A DNA stretch of 61,471 nucleotides, counting the filler. It is 11 parts of 11 records of this genome, joined end to end, with 100 filler letters (N's around TTAATTAATTAA, not from the genome) between each part and the next. Parts side by side here need not be neighbours in the genome. Positions count along the whole stretch, not along the records: positions 24,399 to 28,908 come from SRR7504441_9264; positions 29,009 to 34,085 come from SRR7504441_9271; positions 34,186 to 37,443 come from SRR7504441_9273; 8 more parts are not named here. The stretch is one strand, 5' to 3'. The notes under the pieces are model-generated. The model saw only the letters and a list, made by a program, of their open reading frames with translations. It made no database searches and had not been told where the DNA came from. The translations under genes and the position numbers were made by a program. Of this stretch, positions 24,535 through 37,443 are shown piece by piece. Position 1 is the stretch's first letter; every line of letters begins with the position of its first letter.

Positions 24535-26919
24535 ATGCGAACGGTGCTCTGCACAGTGCTCTGCGCGCTGTGGTGCGCCGGCACCTTGGCGCTGCCTGTG
24601 GCGCCGTCGAGCATCCGGACTGTGCATGTGGTCCAGAGCTGCCACCTGGACTTGGGGTTTGCCGACTTCTCATCAAACATCATCAACCGGTTCTTCTGGC
24701 AGCACTTCCCGCTTGCCATCCAGACCGCCGACGCCCTCCGGCAGCGGGGCGGCCAGGAGCGCCTGGTGTTCGCCGTCCGGCCGATGCTGCTTTCGCTCTA
24801 TTTCGACTGCCCGACCCGGTTCCCGCACCTGGATCCAGCCTCCTTCCCCTCGGCAGCCCCGTTCGCCACCATGAGTAGGCCACAGCCGCTCCGCTGTCCC
24901 AATGCCACCGAGATCGCCACGGTCAGGCCTCGATAGCCCCGGCAGCGCTGGGCTGACCCACTGGGTGGGCAGGTGCGCGCCGCGGTGGCCCGGGGCGACA
25001 TTGTGTTTGACGCCTTTCCAGTCTCGGCGGAGCCTGAGCTATACTCGGCTCCAGTGTTCTCCGCCGGGCTCGAGCTAGTCGCCAACCTGGCCGACGCGCT
25101 CAACGTCTCACGGCCTACCACCATGAGCCAGCGGGACGTGCCTGGAATGAGCCGTGCAGTGGTGCCGCTGCTACAGCGAGCCGGTGTGAGAGCAATCTCA
25201 GTCGGAGCTAACGGCGGCTCAGCTGCGCCTGAGCTCCCAGGATACGGCGACTCGCGCAGCGCGCGCCTGTCCACACCGTTCGTGTGGAGAGATAGTGCGA
25301 GTGGGACTAGTGTGGTTGCGCACTGGCATCCCGGTGGATACGGGAGGCTGCACCCTGAGAGTGGCGAAGGGATCTTATCCTCTTGTGTGAGCACCGCCGC
25401 GCTGCCCGGCCAGGCGATGTGCCTGAACTTCCGAGGAGACAACGCAGGGCCGCCCGGGGTGGACGAGGTGCTCGATGATTGGAAGCTGCTCCGGTCTGCT
25501 TTCCCGAATGCCACAACAGTCAGAGCCGCCCGATTTGATGAATACTTTGGTCAGCTGGACCAGCCAACCGTTCGGTCGAGGCTTCCAGTGGTCACGTCCG
25601 AGATTGGCGACAGCTGGTTGTATGGCTGTGGCTCAGATCCACTCAAGCTGGGTGCACTGCAAGTCCTCCAGAGGCATCATGACAGGTGTGTTCTGAGCAG
25701 TAACTGCACTTTGCACGAGCCTGGCTTTGGCGAGTTCCAGAGGTTGCTGCTGCTTGTGGGGAAGCACACCTGGGGAGGGCATACGATCATTGAAGACGAT
25801 GGTAGCCCCGACACATCTCACTACACTTCGGCCGAGCTCGCACAAGTCCGTTGGAGCTCCAAGGCCTTCATCACACAGCAGATCAGCTGGGACGAGATGA
25901 GGCTGCAACTCTGGGCGGTGCGGCAAGCGCTTGGGTCAACCTCGGGCCTCGGGGGCGCAATCGATGCAGAGCTGGGCCTGCTCACTGGACCAGCAGCAGC
26001 GCAGCCTCTCGGATCCGGAGCTGGCTGGAGAGACGTGCCCAGACAAGACTGGGCCAAGCCTTTTGTGCTGGGCGAATTCACAGTTGGGTTGAATCCACAG
26101 AGTGGTGCCATTGTGTCGCTGCAGCGCCGGGGAGTGGCTCATAATTGGGCTTCCGTTGAGCAGCCGCTGGCCCGGTTCGCCTATGCTACACACGATGACA
26201 GACAGGCAGAGGCGTTCTGGACCAACTATTCGTATGGCTGCCCGCACTGCGGCTGGGCTAAAGAAGCGTTCACTAAGCCTGGCGTGACGGCCGCTATAGC
26301 GAATGCGTCAGTCACACATGGCACCATAACACAGATGCGATGGCGGGCAGCGGCCGACAACTCTGTGGGTGCCGTAAGCTACAGGCTTGAGCTACCTGAT
26401 CTGCTCATCAAGCATTATGGCGCGCCTTCCACAGTGTTTGTTGAAATTAGTACCTCCGACAAGGTGCATGAATTAGAATTACTGGTACGCTGGCTCAACA
26501 AAACGACCACGAGACTGCCTGAATCGATCTGGATGGAATTTGACCCAGCGGGTACCTCGGGGACTCCATCTTTGAGCAAGATGGGCACTAAAATCGACAT
26601 CAGCGATGGTACGGTGAATGGTTCAAGCCTTCATGCCGTGGATCAGCGTGGCGTGCTCTTTACTACGCCAGGCACAGAGACGACATTGCGGGTGCTTGGT
26701 CTTTACTCGCCCCTGGTCGCCGTGAATGAGCAAGCTGCTGAGTTGAATCTGTGGCGTTTTCCTATCACTGGTCAAAGTTCGAGGAGCCGAGGAATCGCCT
26801 TCAATTTGATGAACAACTTGTGGAACACGAATTACATTTATTGGTATCCGTGGCGAAATGCGACGGCAACCGAGGACGACGCGGCTATGACCTTTAAGTG
26901 GGTGTTATCACTAGCTTAG
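24535..26919 (+). CDS. Secreted GH38-like / DUF5054 glycoside hydrolase
   Basis: Signal peptide, VHVVQSCHLDLGF, DNAGPP, EIGDSWLYG..SDPLK, HTWG, NKTTTRLPESIW, NNLWNTNY; one intron 24922-24972. Confidence 0.8.
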
Positions 26920-27217
26920 GTAATTCAAGAAATCTCGTACTTGTATTTATTTTCGGTTGATGAGGCCTGCCACCGAGACAACGAGACAATTGACTAACAA
27001 TTGACTAGTTAATTAATGCACCGCCTGAGCGGCCACACTAGCATCAATTAGCATCACTGATGCCCCCGGCGACTTACCGGTAACTTACCGGCGACTAGCA
27101 TAATCACGCAGTATGTATGCGGGCCCCACATCCATACAACGACTGAACGTAGACTGAACGTATTACTCATGAGTGGTCATGATTACACGTCGACGTCAGT
27201 ACCGCTACTGAACGTAG

Positions 27218-28850
27218 TCAGTTGTATTGTTGTGAACTAATAAAACTACAATTGTATGGACGGATCTGTCCAGACTTGTCTCTTGCCACACCCGCCAGTG
27301 GCGGGAACACGTCAACGGCAGAGCACTCGTCGCAATAGAAGACGTTAGATCTCTTGGAGGCCCTAATTCTTGGGCATTCGGGCGTCGGTGGATCGCAGTC
27401 CGGCCCACACCCGTTGACGCAATCGACCGTGCCACACGACCAGCCCAGCTGGCTTCCTACCCGCTGCTCGTCTGCAGTCGGCCGGAAGCGGACTCGTCGG
27501 AGCTTGAGTTGGCGTATCGACCCAGGCAGCGTGGCCCAGTTGAGGCTCGAATCAGGTCTTACACTCATGTCCAAATCCTCAAACAAAAAATTGGTCATTC
27601 GGGGCGGGCCGCTCGGCTGTGCCCCAGTCCCTAGTGGAAGCGGGAGCGGGGTAGGCCACGGCGGATCCTGCCGGTGGTTGACGTGGTCCTGCCTCAGCGA
27701 GATCGCTCCAACCACATTCTGACCCGAGATGTTCCGCCAACTGATGTTACGCCACTCCCCTCCGTGATTAGCCTTCACAAACACCACCGCCGCGTGCGCA
27801 GTGCCTGCCCACCCGCCAGTCTGCGCGTGCCCTTGCGGCCCGTTTCCGTTGACAAAGATGTCTCTAAAAGATACGTTGGTCACCCCCCCCCACCCCATCG
27901 GACCCAATAGAGAGTCCGTGCCCGTCCCGTGCCTCCAGCCGCTCGACTAGCACGTTGACGGTCCCGCAGCGGGCGCCCCCCTGCCTCACCGCCGCATGGC
28001 CCTGTCCGGCGCGCACGCAGACCTGATCGTCAGATACATCCAGCAGGCTGTCACGGAGTACAATGTTCCGACTGCTACCAATGTCAATCCCGTCGCCGTT
28101 GGGCGCTTCGTACGGTGGGCGCGAGCGGTTGAGGCTGTTCGGATTGTACAGCCGCACATGCTCAATCAGCGCCGTGTCGCACATCTGCAGGTGAATCATC
28201 CAAAAGCCGGACCTGCTCAGGCTGATGTTACTGATCGTCAGGTCGCGCACTCCTACCATGTGCACCATCCGTGGCGGGCAGACCCCGGCCAGACTGTTGC
28301 TGCTGTTCCGGGCAGCGCACCAGCCCGGTGTCGGTTTGTGCGCGGCCTGTGCCGGGTCCCGGGCGCACCACCAGTACGCTCCGCCCCCGTCCAGCCGCCC
28401 GCCACCCGTGATGGTCAAGTTGGTCAGGTTGTGCCCGTACAACCAGCCTCGCTTGACTGGGCCACACCCGGCCCCGCAGGCGTAGCTGCAGTCGCTGCAC
28501 GGCATGCTCGGGTGCTCCAGCCAGGGCAGAGTGGGCCAGGGCGCCCCGGGGGCCAGGTTGGCCGCGTCGACCTCGGTGCTCTGCAGTGTCACCCCGGCCG
28601 GTACCAGCAGCCGCAGGTGCGAGACCAGCGCCCAGCTGCTCGTCCGGTACTCGCCCGGCTCCGGGAAGCAGATGGTGCACCCGCCCTGCTCAGCACAGGC
28701 CCGCGCGGCGGCAGCAAGCGCCGGGGCGCAGTCCAAGGTTTGGGTGGTGCACCCAAACTGAGCCACCGACAGCCCCGGGCACCCGGTGGCTGCTCGCAGC
28801 ACCGCCAGCCAGCCGAGTAGCTGCAGTTCTAGAAGAGCTGGCGGCCTCAT
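27218..28850 (-). CDS. Secreted GH28 polygalacturonase-like protein with an apparent +1 frameshift in a G9 run (27883-27891)
   Basis: Signal peptide, ITGGGRLDG, PNGDGID, DDQVCV, GHGLSIGS; continues GGVTNVSF in another frame. Confidence 0.82.
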
Positions 28851-29008
28851 ACTCCTGACCGGTAGGCGGAGCTGGGCACGCGTACTGCGGGCCAGTGAGC
28901 CCCCGGCGNNNNNNNNNNNNNNNNNNNNNNNNNNNNNNNNNNNNNNNNNNNNTTAATTAATTAANNNNNNNNNNNNNNNNNNNNNNNNNNNNNNNNNNNN
29001 NNNNNNNN

Positions 29009-29205
29009 GGACTTGCGCAGCAGGTCGCGCAGCTCGAGCGCGTCCAGGCAGCCATCGCCGTCCTTGTCACCAATCTTGAACAGCCTGAAGCCAGCGCGAG
29101 CAGGTCAGGGCGTGGCCAAGCAACTCCTAAGGCCCGCGGGGCGCACCTGATCATATAATCTTCCAGCTTGGCTGCGGGCACTGTAGTGAGGTCCGGCATC
29201 GCCAT
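29009..29205 (-). CDS. 5' end of an EF-hand protein
   Basis: Spliced LEDYMI-RLFKIGDKDGDGCLDALEL, a canonical EF-hand loop. Confidence 0.65.
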
Positions 29206-29592
29206 AGTGCGGGCTGGGCTGAGCCGACACAACGGCTGCTTTTGCCCGTTTTTTCGTCGGCCTGCGGGACTGACGGATGAGCTGGCCTGAACCTAATGCT
29301 CAGATCATAGGAAGCAATTAAATCAAATTAGCTTGCAAAGTAGCGAGCGGACCTTGGTGTGCAAAGAGGGAGGACCTCGCACGGGGGTGTGGTTGGCCGG
29401 CGCTGATCCGCCAAATACTGGTCCGGTTGGGCGGCCTGAGAGCAGCTGATCGCTGACTCAACTGTTGCTCAGCTTTAATCAACGGCGTGTTACGATTTCT
29501 CTTTCGCAGAAATTCTGGAGAAACAAATCGGCGCCATGTCGCTCCCGCGGTAACGCTTGTTCCGGGCGACTGTTCCGGGGTTGCGGTGCGAA

Positions 29593-30660
29593 ATGCTGCC
29601 GTTCACCGACCACTACGACACGCTCAAGCTGCCGTGCGAGGCCACCGACTCGCAGATCAAGAAGGCCTACAAGAAGTTGGCCAAGATCCACCACCCAGGT
29701 GCGGCCGATGCCTGCGCCCGACTGACGGCCCGGGGCCAGACCGCAAGGTTGGCCAGGAAGGCGAGGCCCGATACAGTGTAGCCTACGACTTCAAGCGGCT
29801 GCAAGAGGCGTACGAGGTGCTCTCTAACGAGGCCCGGCGCAAGGAGTACGACGCCGAGTACAAGCTGTACGCCGAGGAGCAGGAGAGGTACGGCCCGCTC
29901 GGCCGGCTCGTACCAGCTGGCGGGGCCGCAGAATCGCCAAGGAAGCCGCCAAACAACGGGCCAAGCGCGAGGCGGAGGAGGCCAAGGCCCGGGCCGAACT
30001 GGAGGAGAAGCGCCAGAAGGAGGAGGTGCCCCGCCAGCTCGTGAGCCGGCTGACGCGAGCCGTTACAGAGGCGCCGTCTCCGCCGCGAGAAGCGCGAGGC
30101 GGAGAAGCGTGCTCAGGAGCAGCGCGAGCTGGAGGATGCGGAGAAGCTCTCCGATGAGCTCTTCATGCAGCAGCTGTGAGTGAGGGCCACCGACCTGCAC
30201 TCAGTCCGGCGGCAGATATAACGACTTTGGCGAGGCTGGCGACGCCCCAGCGTTCCAGCTCCAGTCAATAGAACAGCCGCCAGAGCGCCGGCCGTCCGAT
30301 AAGGAGAATGAGAACCCAGGCAAGCCGGAGCCTGAACGGAAGCCCGCCCGGAGCAGCCGGGTCCCGAGGGTGTCGGACTCGAATCTCAAGACCCCATCCG
30401 AATATGTGAGCGCAGACCCGAGGCTGAGCGACATGAAGGAACCAGATCCACGGATGAGTGACACAAAAGAGGATGAAGTGGTGAGCCGAGCCCAGGGTTG
30501 GCTGCTGACGGGGGTGCAGCAGCGGTCGGAGTCACCTCGGGACAGTAACTGGGACCTCGCCGCTGAGATGGCGGCTACAAGATTCAGCGATCCCGTGATC
30601 GATTCGCCTTTCAACCTATGCAAAGCTACGACCACAGTTTGTGATCCAGACATTGAATGA
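29593..30660 (+). CDS. J-domain (DnaJ type C) protein
   Basis: DHYDTL..IKKAYKKLAKIHHP|D (HPD split by an intron), FKRLQEAYEVLS..RRKEYD. Confidence 0.85.
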
Positions 30661-30865
30661 GTGCATTGTGCACAATACTACAAGTCAATACGCCTCCGTC
30701 CTAGTACGAGTACTAGTAGTACGTCAAACATAATCACATGTAATTAACATGTAATCCTGAAACTAAAGTGACACTTTCCAAAAGCGATGGCCTCGCAATC
30801 CGACTTCGACCACCAATGAGATAACATTTATATTGTATGTATAATTGAGAGAAATCTTGTTCAAA

Positions 30866-33800
30866 TCATAAGAAACGCTGGGCTAGTCTTAGACTTTGAG
30901 CCGCCATAGGTTCGCCTTGGGTATGCGCCCGAAGCGTTGAGTTCTCAGGATCAGTCTGCTCGATTGGCTCCAATGTCAACCCGTTCTTGATGCCATCAGG
31001 GTCAACCCTAAAGCTTAGTGGCGTCAGACTGTCCCTGAATCCTTTGTACTCGAATGCGATCAAACGTAGAGCCTTCAGCTGATAACAGGTCCTCAGCACA
31101 GCTTCCATTGTTGGTTGGTGCATATCTGCGAACAGATCTGCATCGGCTCTCAAATTGAGAAGATCCAAGAATCGAACTCTTGCAGTCTCGATTCCCACCT
31201 GCCAGCTGTGGCATCACGCAGGCAGGGTGGCGCTTGTTCACCTCCGAGGACCCGGAGCGTCTCATCTCAAGCATCAGGGCCAGCAGCAGCATTCTTTGGA
31301 ACTCGCTACCCTGCTGGATTGTCTGTACAATCGTGCTGCCAAACAGGTCCTTGTTGGCACGAACAATGTCGTCAGCAGAGACAAGCCCATTCGGATCTTT
31401 AGCCTCTGCAATCTCGGAAGCTCTTCTGCAGATCTCGAGCGCACGGCGCAAGTCACCCGATACCGCCTCGACCTACATAATCAGGTTTGAAACCATTGGC
31501 CTCAGCTGCCAGCTCACCCGTTTAGCACAATAGAGGATAGCATTGGGCATGAATGCTGCTTTGATTTGAGTAACAGGTGCCAGCCTCTCTTTCACTATTT
31601 CCTGAGCGCACACAGGCAAGTGACAAGAGGCGGTATTTGAGGGGTGACCTCGATTTGCTTGTGCAAGTACGGCCGAAAGATGAGGTGCTGCAGGCCGATC
31701 CGCGAGCCTGAGCGCTGGTTGAGTCGCTCTGGCAGATCAAGCGTGTTGGCGATCCCAATCATGACTAGCCCAGGCATCATGGACCAGTTGGTCAGATTAT
31801 ACACCACTTGCTGCTGCTTGTGCAGCATCAGCCAATCCAATTCGTCCGCCAGCAGCACACACACCGGGGTATCTGGTCGGTACTGGGTTTTTAGTCTACT
31901 CAATTCCTCAAAGTGCGACTTGAGGTTCTGGAGCGCCTTAGAAGGCGCCACCTGTTCCCCACGCAGTGCCCTCCAGAGCAGACTGTAGGCATGCTGTGCA
32001 GTGGGAAGCCGCATGCTGTTCATCTCTACATATGCAAACTGGCCCAACTTGCCCTCCCGAACTTCTTGCTGCAACGTGGAGATGCATTCGTGGACTGTGG
32101 CAGTCTTGCCAGTTCCAGGGATGCCTGTAATGTACAGGCAGGGTCCGATCGATCGTTTCTGCACGGCGCTTCTAACAAATGTCATGACCATAGCCTTCTG
32201 TTCATCGCGGCACAGTAGCTTTGATGGCACTGCAGAGACCTATTCAACATCAAGGATCAGTCTTTCATATTAGCTGCAGCCTGGATACCTGGAGCTGCGC
32301 CCTGCACTGCGCATGATGGCTCATCGACGATGTGGAACCGGCCTGGGCAGGGCCATGCACAAACGGCTTTGCCAAGGCGAATGGTGCAGATGGGGTTGCT
32401 GAGTATGCTCTGTATGCTGGAAACCCTCTGCGGGTGGACTGGCGCCGATTGGACCTGCGATACTCGGCATCATTGTAGTCATGATCTCGCTCATCCGGTT
32501 CTGCACGGGGCAAAGCACAAGCTGTCTGCAGACACAGCAACAGCACATTAGTGCAAACTGGCATCAGATTTGTACGCATGACTAAAGTTGTCACCTCTCT
32601 GCGGCAAAAGAACACATCCTCACTGTCATTGGCCTGACTGCGCTTAGCCCCAAATTCCTGTACAACCAGTGCTCAGGACTAGGGCTTCTTTGTAAGCACC
32701 TTGAAGGAGAGGACCTTGACAGCTCGCTCGACAGAGTCGAGATCTACTCTATCGGTTTGTTTGGTGAGCACAAGCTCTGCGGTCTGCCCAGCTGGCCCGT
32801 CATACCTGCACAGCAGCCGTGTCACTCGCATAGACCAGCAGTCAGCTGACCATCGCACGAGCGCATACTTGGTGCCATCGCGCTCAGACAACTCTTCTAT
32901 CCTTGCGATGACAGGATAGTCCTCGTCCTCGACACGAAACGAAGCATGGTCTCCCCGTCTTATTGTCTCGTTACCTTTGACAAACCCTGAGCGCTCTGAC
33001 ACACACAATCAGCTCCTTGACTCCTGAGCGCAGATCACCTTCGTTCAGCCATCGAACTTGCCAGTACTGGAGCTCCGCAAGCTCACGTGCAAAGTGGTCA
33101 TATCCCTTCTCCTCAAACTGCCTGTCGAACTCTGCAATGAGCTCGGGTGCTTCCAACTCCTCAATCGACTTCCATTCACAGTGCTCCAGACTGAAGTTCT
33201 TGTATTGCACAAGATACATCCCATCCTCCTGCCGTCTTTGTAGGATCTGACACAAGATACATCAAGGCTGGCCAGCTAAAGGCTGTGCACCCGTTCTATC
33301 TCATACTGCTCGTCCTCCTCCTCCTCGTTCCTGCTCGCCGCCGTTGGTGCGAGCTGGGCCCCTGGTTGCATTCCCTGCGTGTCTGCAGCGGCCGGGTGCT
33401 CGTCTTGCTTGGCCTTGCGAGCGTAAAATTGAATCAGTTGGCCAATCATCTTGTCCTTGTTGGAGCTAAAGGGGATGCCTTCCTGCCTGCATAGCTCTTT
33501 GAGCTCATCGACCCTCTTATTCTGGTAGTACTGTCGGCTTGTTTTGGGAATTTGAAATGGTGCTGGTGCTTCAAGAGGCACAGGATCTGGGCAGTCTTGT
33601 GGTGCTGGTGGCACACGATTCTCGTTGTTGAACTTTATGAGAGCAATCGTGGTTGCAGTCCTGGAAGTGTTGAAGGGCTTCAGTTTCAAGTTGACGCAAA
33701 TTTGGTAGAGCTGCTGTGGGGTGTAGTTTGTCAGCTGGTGTGGTAACTCATCAGGAGGCAAGCCATACGGGTAGGTCTCCACAGTCCAAAATTGCTTGTT

Positions 33801-34085
33801 GATTTTTGGAGGTTTGCTGGATGTAGCCTTAGGCTGTGGCTTGCGGCTGCTGAACTTCTTGGATTTGACAGGTTTTGAGTCAGCAGGATGGCTTGGCTTC
33901 TTACTTTGCTTTGGTTTGGGTTGTTTGCTAGGTGCTGCACAGAAGTAATGGATCAGACAGGTGCACAAGCATTAGCTGACCTGCACTACTGACAGAGACT
34001 GAAGGCGCGTCCGGTGTTTGCTGGATCCCCTTGGACGGCCCCTCTCTGCATCGAGCCCCGCCAGCGTGGCCTGGGTAGTAGTCGA
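30866..34085 (-). CDS. ORC1: Origin recognition complex subunit 1 with SAP-like, chromo and BAH domains (5' truncated)
   Basis: CLYITGIPGTGKTATV Walker A, LLADELD Walker B, IANTLDLPERL, GDLRRALEICRRA; BAH (IARIEEL..VFFCR); chromo (YEIER|IL..YLVQYKNFS..EW). Confidence 0.88.
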
Positions 34086-34304
34086 NNNNNNNNNNNNNNN
34101 NNNNNNNNNNNNNNNNNNNNNNNNNNNNNTTAATTAATTAANNNNNNNNNNNNNNNNNNNNNNNNNNNNNNNNNNNNNNNNNNNNCCAATGTATACGAAT
34201 ACATATGGGATTTAAGGCTCGGTGCTAATTGATCGTCAGTATATTGTCAGTACATGATTGTACATGACTTATTAGTAGACTACACGTGCAACACAATGTC
34301 CATG

Positions 34305-37300
34305 CTACTCGTTCTTGGCAAATGGGTTGGGCTGATCATGATGGCAAACAGGTTGATCAGTAGCTGCGGTTGCCGCAAATGGGTTCTCTGCCGATGGGCG
34401 ATCATTGTCGCTCAGATTGGAGCTGACTCGCTCGATGTCGGCAAGAAGCAACCCCTCCATCTGCGGCCCCCAGACTCAGATGGCTTCATGCACATGCAGC
34501 AGAGATTACGGACCTTGGCATCGGGCTTTGCGTCTGCCTCATTGGTAAGCTTCTGCAAGGCCGAACTGACTCTGTCTTGGGCTGCAGCCTCAGCGTCGAG
34601 AGCAGCCTGCATTCGTGAGCGCGCCCTTCCTCCCCTATTCTCGTCCTCGATCGCCTTTGCAGCACCTGCATCGCCTGAGCAGCCATTCAATCACAGTTGC
34701 TCACCCTTGGCCGCGTCTGCACGGAATTGCTGCAGGACATCACAAATTGCGGCTGAGCGGCGGGCGCTCGTTTGATGCTGCTCGCACTGGGATCGGTGAT
34801 CAGTGAGCCAGGTGTCGGTTGCATCCTCAAGTTTGTCCTGGATCAGCTGGTGAGCAGCCCACGCAAGCATGGAAAGCCAGCACCCTGCTCTCTTCCGGTA
34901 GTGCGTAGTGCCCAAACTCGACTCTTGAGATCACCTGTAGGCAAGCTCACTCTTCACGTGTTGGAGGGTGTGACCTGACTGACTTCGAGGCAGCCATCGC
35001 CGACATCGTTGCACAGTGTCTCGAGCTGCTCCGCGAGCTGTACAGTCGCCTACACAGCTCCGTGAGACTCATCAACGGCCGAGGCACACACATCCGAGTC
35101 CTGCTCTGCCTTCTTGAGGTCCAGCTCTGCGGCGGTCCGCTCGCTGGCCCACTGGCCAAGAGTCTGGTGGCGGTTCAGGAGCTGCCAACTGTCACTCCAA
35201 CTATCCGCGAGCTGCAGCACAATCTCACTTGGCCCCCTCACCAAGACTGGGTCTGAGGGCAGTTTGCCCTGCTGCAATGCCGCAGCCTGCAACATGCAGA
35301 GGTGAGATGCGGACAGTTGGAGTGACGGTTACCTGGACTGATACCTTCTCGATCTCAATCATGCGAATGGCCATCGCTTGCTCAAGCTTGAGCATCAGCT
35401 CGCGATCAGTTACATCACTGCCCTGCTTTGGCAGCGCAGAGACAGCTGAAGCGAGCGCTGTCTGGTGCCCGATACACAAAGCTGCGATCTCATCCAGTTC
35501 AACGCCTCGCGCTTCCGCAGCAGTCTCAATTGCATGCTCCTTGGTTGAGCGCGCAGCATCGTTTCGCTCGACAAGGCCGTCTTCCTCGAGCAGGCGGTGC
35601 TTCTCAGACATCATGTTGGTCTCAGACTCGCTGAGTGTACCTTGCAACTCGAGCAAGACACCCATCTCTTTCTCGAGCTCCTCGCTTTCCTCTCCGATCT
35701 GCTGCCTGGCATTCTGTATGGTGCTCTTGGCCCGTCCTCCCAATTGCACTACCTGAGACAGCCCGGCCTGCAACTTTGCCAGGAACTCGACATCTTCACC
35801 CTCACGTGAATTGTCGTGAGGGTAAGACTCCCAGTGTTCCTGAGCTGCCTTGAGCCGCTGATCAAGCTCGGAGTCGAGACCATCCAGCTCATCGGTGTGG
35901 TGTCTGTGCTTCAGACGGCATTGGCCATTCGCTGCATACAGTTGCGCCAGCTGCTCGCAGTCGCCCTTGAGCTCTGTCGACGCCTGCTCATTACCGGTCT
36001 TGTCGGCGGCCCTCTCCTCGTCGCAAGGAGTCACCCAGTGTCGCACCGCTGAGGATTGCTGCAGCTGGAGCACCTCTCGCATGGTGCTCAGGCGTATATC
36101 CTGTGCAGAATTTCGCTGTTGCAGTTCTGAGAGTCGCGCCCGGTTCCGGTTGACCAATGCTGGCACTCCCATCTGCCGCTCTGTCAGCTGCTCGAATCTT
36201 TGGTTCTGCATGGCTAGGAGCTCTTCCATTTTTTTGTCGATTGCTTTCTGCAGCCCAGCCATCTCAGCACAGCAGCCCTATAGTCTACACGTATCTAGCA
36301 AATTTAGTCTCACCATGTGTGCAGATGCTTTTTTGATCGGCTCGGACATCTGCTTTTGCCGAAGCAGCAGCAATGCTTGCAGCTCGCGCACGATCTTGTT
36401 CTCCATAGCACGTTGCTCCATATGCTGCTTGTACTCAGCAACTTGCGCATCGAGAGCCTTTTTTATTTCTTCCACCTCGGCAGTGCATTTCACAAACATT
36501 GCGGCCTCTTCTTCCAGCCACTTGGCTTCGCTGGCGAGCCGCACATCTTCCGCTTCGAGCTCTACATCCACCACCGCGCGTCGCTGCAGTATGTCCTTTA
36601 CGAACGGGTCGCGTACAGGGTCACAGTCGTCGTGCTCCTCCTGTGAGGTGCGAGGGTTACCCTCAGCAAATCCGAGTTGGTCTTCTGCCATGCCACCCAC
36701 TGCAGGCTTGTGCTGCTCTTCCTCTTGTTGTGCGAGGCTCTGAAGCTCGGCAACCTGGCCAACCATCTCAGTTTCGAGCCTGTCGACAGTTTTACGACAC
36801 GCGTTGGGCAGTTTACGACACAGTCACCTGCTGTTGGAGGTCGCGCAGCGCCTCCCCAAGCCCAGCGTGAATGGCGCTCTCCTCTTTTGCACGAGCTGCT
36901 TCCAGGAGCTCGTGGTCTTCCCAGCAGAAGACTCGGCTGCCAGCCTTCTCACCAGCCAGCCTGGCCGCCAGCATCGCGCTCCGTGACTGCTGGGCCTCTG
37001 CAAGCGCTGCAAGCTGAGAGGCGCGCTGCTCGATGCAATCTCTCCTTATCTGGTGCTGTGAGTGCCAGAGTATCTGCTCCCTGTGGCGCATCTCGTAGCC
37101 TTGCTTGCGGTTAGCTTGCCGGATCCGGCGGGCCTCCACTGCAGTCTCACGAGCAACCATACTCTCCGTGACAATCGCCTCTTTGCTGTACCTTGCGTTG
37201 CGCTCAGCGCTGATGCACTCCTGCTCAGTCTCAAGAGCATCATCTTCTAACCGCCAGGTGCCGTGCTCGGCTTGGATAGTCTCGTCCTCCTCCATCACAT

Positions 37301-37443
37301 TCGAATCCGCCCTCTGGATTGCATCGCTGTTGAGCTCATGCCGAGCACACTCCTTGTCCAGTCTCGGCTTCTCGGTTGGGTGCTCACTCTTGACCCAGGC
37401 TCTCCTGTCGGCCAGCCTGCTTTGCTCTCAGTTCACCACAAGC
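34305..37443 (-). CDS. Long coiled-coil protein ending in two NPF motifs (5' truncated)
   Basis: Successive E/Q/A/L-rich exons joined by short introns; last exon ..AENPFAA..QPNPFAKNE*. Confidence 0.65.

Noticed and set aside
30061-30240. In-frame stops suggesting selenocysteine or an alternative genetic code
   Set aside because: The stops examined fall inside short introns; TAA, TAG and TGA all terminate genes here
34020-34050. AT-hook-like RGRPRGS upstream of ORC1
   Set aside because: It lies in a different frame from the one that splices correctly (..VSSA|APSK) into the next exon
34412-34520. CCMCM apparent zinc-binding motif
   Set aside because: Lies in a predicted GT-AG intron of the coiled-coil gene
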